Assembly (NCBI GenBank): GCA_963675745.2
Contig: CAXXWX010000026.1
Coordinates: forward strand, 512,001 to 576,000
Source of the DNA: Phycisphaerae bacterium
Lineage (GTDB): Bacteria > Planctomycetota > Phycisphaerae > UBA1845 > Fen-1342
Length of the DNA: 64,000 bases
Direction: 5' to 3'
Within the stretch, counting starts at the first letter, position 1; every line of letters begins with the position of its first letter. Positions 17,716 through 26,615 of this stretch are shown here, in pieces. A program made the translations under genes and the position numbers. Under the pieces are notes generated by a model that ran no database searches, had not been told where the DNA came from, and was given only the letters and a program-made list of their open reading frames with translations.

Positions 17716-19944
17716 TCAAAGCTCGGCCATGAAGATCACGCCGCGCGGACATTGTGACGCACACACGCCGCAACCTTTGCAGTATTCGTAATCAAACTTG
17801 TAAGACGCCTGCCCGTCTCGCACGAGCACGCCCTCCGGGCAGTACGCCACGCAACGATCACACGAGTTGCACACCCCGCAACTGAAGCAGCGGGCGGCTT
17901 CGACGGCCGCCGGTCGATGGCCCGGGTCATCCACCAGCCCGAGGCGCACCTCGGTGAAGCTCCGCCGCCTGAGATCCGCGGGCATGACCACGCCGTCCTC
18001 CCGCGGCGCGTGCCCGAATATGTGCATCGAGATGACTTCGGGGCCGGCGATCGGCTCAGCGGGAGGCGGGAAGAGGTCCTCGCCCGTCAAAGTACGATGC
18101 ACGTGCAAAGCCGCTCGATGGCCGCTGCCGATGGCCGCCGTGACGGTCCCATCGTTGCTGGCGAAATCGCCGCCGGCAAACACTGGCCCGCCCGCCAGAC
18201 CGAGCATGACGCTGCCGTCTTCGTTGTGAATCTCCGCCCCTTCGGGCAGAATCGAGAGATCGTGTGACTGCCCCAGGGCCAGTATCACCCGATCACACTC
18301 CAGATCGAATTGGGCATCGGGGCCGGTGTCGGGCTCGGGTCGCGGACGCCCGGAATCGTCCGGCGTTCCCAGGCGCATCCGCTGACAGACCAGCAGTGTC
18401 TTCTCGCCTTCCCGATGAACGCGCAACGGCATGACCAGTTCGTGCAGTTGCACGCCCTCTTCGATCGCTTCGTCAATCTCCTCACGAATCGCCGGCATCT
18501 CGGCGCGCGTGCGCCGATAGATCACGCGCACGCTGGCGGCCCCGACGCGACGGGCGGATCGTGCCGCATCCATCGCCGTGTTGCCGCCACCCACCACCAG
18601 CACGTGCTCGCCGTGCAGGCTGCGTTGCCCGCGGCGCGCCTGATCGAGGAAGTCGATCCCCTGCTCGACGAACTCTGGAGACAACCCACCCAGGTTCAGT
18701 GCCCGCAACTCCTGCAATCCGGTCGCGACAAAAACGGCGGCGTATTCTTGTGAGATGCGCAGCAACGCCTCACGATCGATGCGGGCTCCCGTCCGCGTGC
18801 TGACGCCGTGGCGCAGGATGTAGCTGATCTCGCGATCCAGCACTTCACGAGGCAGGCGATAGGCGGGAATCCCCGTGCGCATCACACCGCCGAGCTCCTG
18901 GCCGGCCTCGAAGATCGTGACCGAGTACCCCAGCCGCGCGAGGTGATACGTCGCCGACAGACCGGCCGGGCCGCTGCCGATCACCGCGATCTTGATATCG
19001 CGGTCGGGCTTGGTGGGCAACGGCAGTTGGCCACGATCGGCGGCGTAGCGTTCCAACTCGCGGATATTCACGCCACTGTCATACTCGGCGCGGTTGCACG
19101 CCTCCATGCACGGCGCCGGGCAGACGCGCCCGCAGATGCCGGGAAACGGCGACGTCCGCAACAGCGTTTGCAGGGCATCGTCGACTTGATCCTTCGCCAG
19201 CAATTGCAGAAAACCCTGCACATCATTGCCCGCCGGACAGTTGGCATTGCACGGCGGCGTGAGCTGGTGTCGATCCGGCTGCCGCGACGCCCACTCGCCG
19301 GTGTGCAAGCGCGGCATCTCGCCGACAAACTCATCGTCGAGCAGTCCGACAACCTGTTTTGAGGCCGCCGCGGGCTCGGCGATGATTCTCTCGCCGGGGA
19401 GTTGTGCGGAGCGCACCTGCTCAAAGGCGGCCTTGGCGGCCGACGTATTCCCGCCGCCAAACCGCATCTCGTCCAGCGTGGCGGTCACGGCGTTCAAATC
19501 CAGCCCGAACACCTTTGCGACAGCGCCGAGAATAGTCGTATTGACGATCGGCACAGTCTTGGTGCCCAGCCCGTTGGCCACGGCGATGCCGGTGGCATCG
19601 ATAGTGGCGACGTTACGGCCGGGGAACATCTCTGCAAACGTCTCGGGGGGATCGGGTGTGTTCAGAATGAGCCAGCCGTCCGCCTTCATCCCGGTCACAA
19701 CGCGCGGCGCGATCAGCGTGCGATCCAGCAGAATGACGTGGTTCGGTTCGCGGATCTGATTGCTGGTCGTGATTTCGTCGTCGCTGACGCGGACGAAAGC
19801 CTGCACGGGCGCCCCCGAGCGCTCGGCCGCGTACACGCCGAAGGCCTGCACGTATTTACCGCGAAGGAAGTATGCGGTGGCGACCAGCTTGGCGAGCGTA
19901 ACACCGCCCTGACCACCACGTCCAAAAATAGTGATTTCGGTCAT
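17716..19944 (-). CDS. fusion of 2-oxoacid oxidoreductase gamma subunit, GltD/NfnB-like FAD/NAD(P) oxidoreductase and a 2[4Fe-4S] ferredoxin (delta-like)
   Basis: GRGGQG..ERSGAPV (PorG); PPCNANCPAG, CGRVCPAPCMEAC, GSGPAGL, GGGNTAMD and YRRT..EMPA; C-terminal CNSCDRCVAYCP and CKGCGVCASQCP. Confidence 0.88.
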   Translation of the reverse strand: MTEITIFGRGGQGGVTLAKLVATAYFLRGKYVQAFGVYAAERSGAPVQAFVRVSDDEITTSNQIREPNHVILLDRTLIAPRVVTGMKADGWLILNTPDPPETFAEMFPGRNVATIDATGIAVANGLGTKTVPIVNTTILGAVAKVFGLDLNAVTATLDEMRFGGGNTSAAKAAFEQVRSAQLPGERIIAEPAAASKQVVGLLDDEFVGEMPRLHTGEWASRQPDRHQLTPPCNANCPAGNDVQGFLQLLAKDQVDDALQTLLRTSPFPGICGRVCPAPCMEACNRAEYDSGVNIRELERYAADRGQLPLPTKPDRDIKIAVIGSGPAGLSATYHLARLGYSVTIFEAGQELGGVMRTGIPAYRLPREVLDREISYILRHGVSTRTGARIDREALLRISQEYAAVFVATGLQELRALNLGGLSPEFVEQGIDFLDQARRGQRSLHGEHVLVVGGGNTAMDAARSARRVGAASVRVIYRRTRAEMPAIREEIDEAIEEGVQLHELVMPLRVHREGEKTLLVCQRMRLGTPDDSGRPRPEPDTGPDAQFDLECDRVILALGQSHDLSILPEGAEIHNEDGSVMLGLAGGPVFAGGDFASNDGTVTAAIGSGHRAALHVHRTLTGEDLFPPPAEPIAGPEVISMHIFGHAPREDGVVMPADLRRRSFTEVRLGLVDDPGHRPAAVEAARCFSCGVCNSCDRCVAYCPEGVLVRDGQASYKFDYEYCKGCGVCASQCPRGVIFMAEL

Positions 19945-20238
19945 GCCGCGACCTCGTTTGAGAGACCGGACGTCGATTGACGCGTAGCGCCGGGACACTC
20001 TCGACCCCGGCTACATCCACGAGACATGCTATGCGAATCTGCTCCAAAGCAAAACCCGTTCCGTGGCCGGCGGATCGCGCTGATTCGCGTAGTTGACTTA
20101 GCCTGAATGACTTAGGGGGCCACGGTCGGCCCAAATGCGGGGACCCGTCGCTGCGGGAAGTGCGGAATTCTCGTCGCGCCTTTGGGGAAACCCGCGCTAT
20201 GCGCTGCCAGGCGCGTCGCACGATACCGTGCCCGATCA

Positions 20239-21312
20239 CTAATTGAACGCCACTCGAATCTTCCCCTTCTGCCAGTCCTTGACCAGCAATCGTACTTCCT
20301 CAATCGTCTCCTCGAGTCGGCGTGAGGTCAGCACCATCGACTCGTACAACCGGTCGTCGCGCAGCGCCTTGGCAACGCTGCCGTCGCCCTCCGACATCAG
20401 CGCCGCCGCTTGCTTGAGATAGCGGAGCACATCGCCCGCCTCGTTCAGGTCGTCGATCAGCACATGCGAGACGTCGGCGACCCGCTGGTCAACGTTGTCG
20501 AGCGAGGACTCCATCTTGGTCATCACGCCGCCGGCCTTCTCGGCCGCGGTTTTCACGTCGCCAGCCGCCTGGCGCAAGTCGGCCATCAATATCCGGCCAT
20601 CTTCCGACATGCTGTAGGCGTTCGCGATGGTCTCCTTCAGCCGGCTTTTCTGTTCCGGGTCTCCGAGGATTTCGTTGAAATGCGCCAGCAGCGCGTCAAG
20701 CCGCGCCGCCGCACTGGCCAGGTTTCCCGTGGCACCCTCGAGCGTGTCAACTTCGTGCGGATCGCGCGGCGCGAGCATTTTCTCCATGGCTTCCAGTACG
20801 GGGCGCATGGCCGCGGCGGCCTCACCAATCTGGCGTGCCGTGCGATCGAGATTCGACGATATTTCCTCGGGCAGGACAGCACTCATGGCGTCCTTGGTCA
20901 GCCCCACCATCACGCCCTTGTCGGGCGGCAGGTGCGTTGCCGAATGCCCGGGGATGATCCTGATCGGCGGGCGCCCGCCGGCGAGCAACCCGGCCTCGAA
21001 CGTCTCCGCCAGGCTGTCGTCCGGGATGCGGAACTCCTGATCAATAGCGACAACCACGTTTACCCCCCCGCTCAGATCATCCGGATTCACAAACTCCACG
21101 GTGCGGACGTGCCCGATTCGCTTGCCGAGCACCGTGACCAGCGTGCCGGAACGAATCCCGGCCGCCGAGTCAAACCGGATGTTCAACGCGTATGTGTCGC
21201 CCCGAATCAGCCAGCGCGGCCCCTGGCCGAACAGCACCACCAGCGCGCCCAGCGCCAGGATACCGACGAGTACGAAAACTCCGACCATCAGATTGCGGCG
21301 TGTATCGGTCAT
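20239..21312 (-). CDS. MlaD/MCE family protein
   Basis: N-terminal TM (VGVFVLVGILALGALV), F.SAAGIRSGT.VTVLGKRIGHV MCE motif, long helical tail. Confidence 0.85.
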   Translation of the reverse strand: MTDTRRNLMVGVFVLVGILALGALVVLFGQGPRWLIRGDTYALNIRFDSAAGIRSGTLVTVLGKRIGHVRTVEFVNPDDLSGGVNVVVAIDQEFRIPDDSLAETFEAGLLAGGRPPIRIIPGHSATHLPPDKGVMVGLTKDAMSAVLPEEISSNLDRTARQIGEAAAAMRPVLEAMEKMLAPRDPHEVDTLEGATGNLASAAARLDALLAHFNEILGDPEQKSRLKETIANAYSMSEDGRILMADLRQAAGDVKTAAEKAGGVMTKMESSLDNVDQRVADVSHVLIDDLNEAGDVLRYLKQAAALMSEGDGSVAKALRDDRLYESMVLTSRRLEETIEEVRLLVKDWQKGKIRVAFN

Positions 21313-21434
21313 GTTGCATCTCCCTGTCACGGGGCCGGCCGCCACAGCGGGCGGGTTGCCCGGCTTGCTCGTTGTCCGGTTGCCTCTCGGCGGCTAAACT
21401 ACGTGTCGCCAAGGTCGCAGCGAAGGAGACCCAC

Positions 21435-21812
21435 GTGGCCGGTAAACTCGAAGGCAAAACCATCCTTGTAGTAGATGACGACCCTGATCTCGTCGTTGCG
21501 TTGACCACCAGTCTGTCCGAAACCGGCGCGACTGTCGAGACGGCCAGCAACGGGAACGACGCGGTCAAGCACGCCGAAACGCTAAACCCCGATCTGGTGG
21601 TGCTGGACATCATGCTGCCGCAGAAGAGCGGTTTCCTCGTGCTCGAGCGTCTCCGCCAGATCCAGCCTCCGCCCCGCGTGATCATGATTACCGGCAACCA
21701 GGGCCGGCGCCACCGGCAATATGCCGAAGCCCTCGGCGTCGACGAATACCTCAACAAGCCCTTCCGCATGGAACGCTTGCTGGAAGTGACTGAGAATCTG
21801 CTGAGCGACTGA
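21435..21812 (+). CDS. single-domain response regulator
   Basis: ILVVDDD, PDLVVLDIMLP, VIMITG and YLNKPF; AAGGAG RBS before GTG 21435. Confidence 0.9.
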   Translation: MAGKLEGKTILVVDDDPDLVVALTTSLSETGATVETASNGNDAVKHAETLNPDLVVLDIMLPQKSGFLVLERLRQIQPPPRVIMITGNQGRRHRQYAEALGVDEYLNKPFRMERLLEVTENLLSD

Positions 21813-22090
21813 ATCCGGCCGGCGTCAGCGGCGGGTTGGATTCGTGTCGTCTGGATCGACAACCGGCCCACATCACCTCGACACGCGGTGCGTTTCGCGC
21901 AGCACCAGCGTTCATCATCTGATGGAAGTCACCCGCCAGAGCCGTTGACGCGCCGCGTCGTGGCCGCGAATATACCGAATCCGCGTCTTAAGGCGCGACA
22001 ATTGGCAAGGTAACCCGCCACGCGGTGAGCGCGGACCGGCTAATCAGAGGCGGGGAGCGAAATCGCTGAATCCTCGGAGGAGACACTTCA

Positions 22091-22939
22091 ATGTGGCAAC
22101 TGCTGATACTGGGAATGCTTCTGCAACAGCCCGCAACCGTCGGACCTGTGGCCGAGACCGAGACTGCTGAGGTCGGGCCGCGCTACGATGTCGGCGAGAC
22201 GCACATCATGATCCTGGCCTTTCTGGAGCAGCGCTACCTGTTTTTCGAGAACTTCCTCGACCGCTTGCCGAGCTCCGGCCTGCGGATCCAGTACCGATTG
22301 CAGGGTGAGGATGTCGTCAACCTCGTGCAGGTGGGCGAGTTGGTGATCGACGAGGCTGTGGACGATACCGGCAAATCGATGGTCGACCCCAGTACGATCA
22401 CCGACGAACGACGTAACGCCGTGCGCGATGTCAACATGAAGCCCGAAGACCTGCGCGCGCGCGGCTGGATGTTCGGCGGCTCGCTCGAGGCGGCCGACCG
22501 GGCGGCAACCGTCATCAAGCACGTCAAGGGCTCGATGCGCTGCGTGTTTGCCGCTGAATCCGAGGAAATCGTGATTCCCCACGCGCTCGAATACCTGAAC
22601 AAGAAGCTGGACGATCCCCGCCTGGCCGAGCTCGGCATCGAGATCAAGCTGATCCCCTCGCGCGACCCCGCCGGAGACCCTGAGCAACAGAGAGAGATCG
22701 GCGTAATGCTGACATCCGGCGAGAGCAAGTTGCGGAACGTCGAGTTTTGTGACGCCTGGCTGAGGCCGATCGCGTTGCGGGCTCCCATCGACGCCAAGAC
22801 CAAAGACAATGAGACCTACAAGGCTTATCAAACCGGAATGAACCCGATCACAAACGACTCAACGCTGATTTTGTCCGTATCGCCCGAGGTCAGCGATCGA
22901 CGGGTTGAGCTGAATCTGACGGACGTGAAGTTGCCATAG
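22091..22939 (+). CDS. hypothetical exported protein
   Basis: GGAGGAG RBS, short hydrophobic N-terminus, ordinary protein-like composition; no family recognised. Confidence 0.7.
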   Translation: MWQLLILGMLLQQPATVGPVAETETAEVGPRYDVGETHIMILAFLEQRYLFFENFLDRLPSSGLRIQYRLQGEDVVNLVQVGELVIDEAVDDTGKSMVDPSTITDERRNAVRDVNMKPEDLRARGWMFGGSLEAADRAATVIKHVKGSMRCVFAAESEEIVIPHALEYLNKKLDDPRLAELGIEIKLIPSRDPAGDPEQQREIGVMLTSGESKLRNVEFCDAWLRPIALRAPIDAKTKDNETYKAYQTGMNPITNDSTLILSVSPEVSDRRVELNLTDVKLP

Positions 22940-23098
22940 GCACTTGACCGGCCGAAGCATATGTGGGACCGGTCTCCGACCTGGTCATCGATGACCTCGC
23001 GGGATTGATCGCGATTGAGAAAGCGTGTGCATCCGATTGCTCTCAAGTCCCGGCAAGCTCGAATGCTCCGGTATGTGGCCCTGTGATTCCCTGAACCC

Positions 23099-24419
23099 TT
23101 GAACGCCGACGCCAAACCTCCAGCCGCCCGAGCGTTAAAGGCCAACATCGCCTACGCGGTCGGCGGCAACATCGCGTTTAATGCGTGCCGAGTTTTGGTG
23201 GTCTTGCTGATCGCCAACTACGCTTCGGCCGAGGCACTCGGCGCGTTTGACGCGAGCATGGCCTGGTCGGCACCTATCGTCACGTTCCTGATGCTCCAAT
23301 TGCGCGGCGCGTATGTAGCGGACACGCGCCACGACTTCAGCTTCGGCACCTACGAGGCACTGCGTTCGGTGTGCATGGCCATCGCGGCCGTTGTATTGGC
23401 CGTGCTGGTCGTCTGGCACGGCTTCCATCAGCCGGTGCTGGCTTTCACCTTGATGCTGGCCGCCGTGGCGGCGGGAAAGATCGTCGGCGCGCTGGGCGAG
23501 GTGCGCTGGGGCGTGTTCCAGCAACGCGAGCGCCTCGAGTTGATGGGCTGGTCACAGGTGTTACGCGGCGTGGCGATGTTGGCCCCGTTCGCGGTCATTC
23601 TGCCGATTGTCGGCGCGCGCGGCGGGGGGCGAGTCGGAATCCACCGTGGTCGCGGCCGCGGCCTGGGCGGTCGCCGTGTATGTTGCCGGATGGGCACTGG
23701 TCGTGGCCTTCTTTGATCGGCCGCGCGCAAGCGCTCTCGGTGGGCTCGATACGAGTTGGACCTGGCCGGCAGTTGTCAAGCTGGCGCGGCAGACCGCCCC
23801 CCTGGGCCTGGTCGTGCTGATCATCAGCCTGTGTGACAGCCTGCCGCGCCTGATGATCGGCACGCAAAGCCAGAGCGGCCTGGCGCGACTGGGATACTTC
23901 AGCGCGATGGCCAACATCGTGCTACCGCTGAACCTGATGGTGATTGCGATGGGCCAGGCGGCCGCCAATCGCACGGCCACGTACTACCGCGACAACCTGC
24001 GCCGGTTCGTCACGCTGGCCGCCAAGCTGCTGGGTGTGACGGCGTTGATTTCCGCCGCCGCCCTGGTCGGCACATTCTGGATCGGTGAATGGGTGCTGCG
24101 GCTGCTTTATCCGCCCGAATACGCCGACTACTTCCCGGAGTTGTTGCTGATCGTCACCGGCGGCGGACTGTTGCTGCTCGCCAGCCTGCTGGGAATCATG
24201 GTCACCAGCATGCGCATGTTCTGGGTCCAGGTGCCATTGCAGACTCTGGTTCTAGTAGCAACCGCGGTCGCCGCCTGGCTGCTGATCCCCGACGATCCCG
24301 TGCGCGGAGGCGCCTGGACCTTTCTGGTGCGCAGCGCCGCCCAATTCACGCTCTACGGCCTGGTCCTGGTAATGGTCATTGTCCGGGCGGCGGGGCACCC
24401 GCCAACCACGACAGCCTAG
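23099..24419 (+). CDS. Wzx-like polysaccharide flippase (MATE-like), frameshifted at about 23625
   Basis: Two consecutive multi-TM ORFs (23099-23716 and 23607-24419) join at the GGCGGGGGGC homopolymer; LPRLMI...LGYFSA resembles the Wzx motif. Confidence 0.72.
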
Positions 24420-24510
24420 TACACCGGGGGCCCCCCAATAAAACGCGAACCACCGACCCGTCATGATGACGGTCTCGGTGGTTCCCGCTCGCGGCGCAAA
24501 CGCCGCTGAA

Positions 24511-24585
24511 CGACCCCGACGGGACTCGAACCCGCAACCTCCGGCGTGACAGGCCGGCGCTCTAAACCAATTGAGCTACAGGGCC
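24511..24585 (-). tRNA. tRNA-Asp(GTC), CCA not encoded
   Basis: GGCCCTGTAGCTCAATTGGTTTAGAGCGCCGGCCT-GTC-ACGCCGGAGGTTGCGGGTTCGAGTCCCGTCGGGGTCG folds as a cloverleaf. Confidence 0.97.
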
Positions 24586-24882
24586 TCCTGAGTCCACCCG
24601 CTTTCCAGCGGATGAGCCATGTATGTTAGGCCGACGGCCGAATATGTCAAACAGGAATCTGCGCGACATTCTGGTCTCGGCAGTTTGTCAGGCGTCGCGC
24701 TGGTCGATAACTTCTTTGCCGTTTAGTATGCCACACACGGGGTATCATCAGTCGCGATCGCGGCATCCCCGGGTGGAGGCACGTACTGCGAAAGGCGCTG
24801 CCCCCCCCTTTACCCAGCGCAAAGAGGTGGCGGCACGTCCAGCGGGCAATAGCGCCCTTTATTATGTGGAGAGAAACCCAGT

Positions 24883-26496
24883 ATGCGGCTGATCGTGACC
24901 CAGAGCGCTGCGATGATAGCGGACGTTGTTTCCGGCCGGGAGGATATCTATATCGGGTCGCATGAACAGTGCCACGTCAAGCTCGAAGATCCGCGCATTT
25001 CCTCACAGCAGGCGGTCATCACACCCGAGGAAGACCAGACCTGGTCCTTCAGCCCTCTGGACAGTGAGCAGCTCGTCCATGTGAACGGGGCGCGCATCGT
25101 CGAGAAGGTCACGCTGAAGACCGGAGACGAGATCAAAATCTGCGACTACGTGATCCGCGTGTTTCCCGATCAGATGCCGACCAGTCCACAGCCCATGTCG
25201 CAGCGGCGCACCCCGGTCGCCCGTTTGACAAAGTTTGTCCAGACGCACCTGCCACCCGGTTCGACGACCAAGAAGATCGACGAACCCATCGCCCTTCAAT
25301 CGGGCGAGCTCAGCCGCATGGGTGAGATCATCGTGCGCCTCGCGCAGACCGACAACCCCGAGCAGGTCATGGATGTGGCGGTCAGGACCATGCTCGAGAC
25401 CCTCGGCGCCCAGCGTGCCTGGATCGGCGTCCGCCGTGTGAATTACGGCCCAATGGAGTACGTTCAGGGCCAGCTCACATCCGGGCAGACGGTCGAGCTG
25501 CCCGAGATCGGCGAAAACCTCAAACCGCGCGTGCTCGATCGACGCCAATTCGTCCTGATCCCGCGCGTAAGTCGGGAACAAAACGTCTCGGTGATCGTCG
25601 GCCCGTTACCCGGTCCGGATGGGCTGCTGGGGATGATCTACATCGACAGCGCCGGCGCCACGCGGCGGTTCGATACGCACGACCTGGATCTCTTCGTGCT
25701 GATCACCGGGTTGATCGCGGCTCAGCTCGATGCGATCCTGCGCCAATTGGCCAAGAACCGCGCGGCTACCATCGCGGGCGAGGTCAGTGTGTCACACGCG
25801 ATTCAAGCTCGCCTCACGCCGCGCAAGCTCCCGCAGTGGGAGGCGCTCAGTTTCGGCGCGTTTCGCGAGCCGGGCAGCGAGCGGACCGGCGACATGTACG
25901 ACATTGTGCGTCTGGGGAACAACCTGGCCGGCGTGATGGTCACGCACACGAACGCCACCGGCCCGATGCCCAGCATGCTGATGGCACAAGCGCAATCGGC
26001 GTTTCGTTTCGCCGCCATGCATCAGGACCCACCGGACGTGTTCCTGAAATCGCTCAACTGGATGCTGTATGACGGGCTCAAGGACCGTGAGCTGAGCTGC
26101 TTCGTAACGCTCATCGATCCGACGAGCGGGCAGATGCGCTACGCCATTGCGGGAACGCTGGGAGCCTACATCATTGGAGGGCGCGGCGACGAACGATCGC
26201 TCCAGCCTGACGCCCCCGCCCCGCCGTTGAGCCTCGTCAAGAACCACCCCTACCCGCTTCTGTCAGAGACGCTGGGCGAGGGGGAGACGCTGGCGCTATT
26301 CACACCCGGCATCACAACGGCCACTAATCCGGATGGCGACACGTTCGGCGAGGACAGGTTCGTCAACATTCTGTGCGACGGCTTCGGCCAGCTTGCCAGC
26401 TCCATGCTGAAAGAGATGTTCCACGACTTGCGCGCCTTTACCCAGGGCGGCACTCAGCCCGATGACATCACCGTGGTGCTCGCCCATCACGCATAG
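24883..26496 (+). CDS. FHA-GAF-SpoIIE/PP2C phosphatase-like signalling protein
   Basis: FHA (IGSH..C.V.L.DPRISSQQA..HVNG), GAF (LGMIYIDS) and PP2C (GDMYD, ALFTPGIT, FGEDR, DDITVV). Confidence 0.85.
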   Translation: MRLIVTQSAAMIADVVSGREDIYIGSHEQCHVKLEDPRISSQQAVITPEEDQTWSFSPLDSEQLVHVNGARIVEKVTLKTGDEIKICDYVIRVFPDQMPTSPQPMSQRRTPVARLTKFVQTHLPPGSTTKKIDEPIALQSGELSRMGEIIVRLAQTDNPEQVMDVAVRTMLETLGAQRAWIGVRRVNYGPMEYVQGQLTSGQTVELPEIGENLKPRVLDRRQFVLIPRVSREQNVSVIVGPLPGPDGLLGMIYIDSAGATRRFDTHDLDLFVLITGLIAAQLDAILRQLAKNRAATIAGEVSVSHAIQARLTPRKLPQWEALSFGAFREPGSERTGDMYDIVRLGNNLAGVMVTHTNATGPMPSMLMAQAQSAFRFAAMHQDPPDVFLKSLNWMLYDGLKDRELSCFVTLIDPTSGQMRYAIAGTLGAYIIGGRGDERSLQPDAPAPPLSLVKNHPYPLLSETLGEGETLALFTPGITTATNPDGDTFGEDRFVNILCDGFGQLASSMLKEMFHDLRAFTQGGTQPDDITVVLAHHA

Positions 26497-26615
26497 CCCG
26501 ACGACGGTAGCGCGAACACGAAACCCGGCGTGCGGACAGCCCGTTGTGGACAATCCGCACGCCGGGTGCATGCTCTGCCGAAGCCCGCGCTGTGCGGGCG
26601 CTGTCGCGTTGCGGG

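Noticed and set aside
22091..24585. Genomic island integrated at tRNA-Asp
   Set aside because: No duplicate of the tRNA 3' end and no integrase seen.
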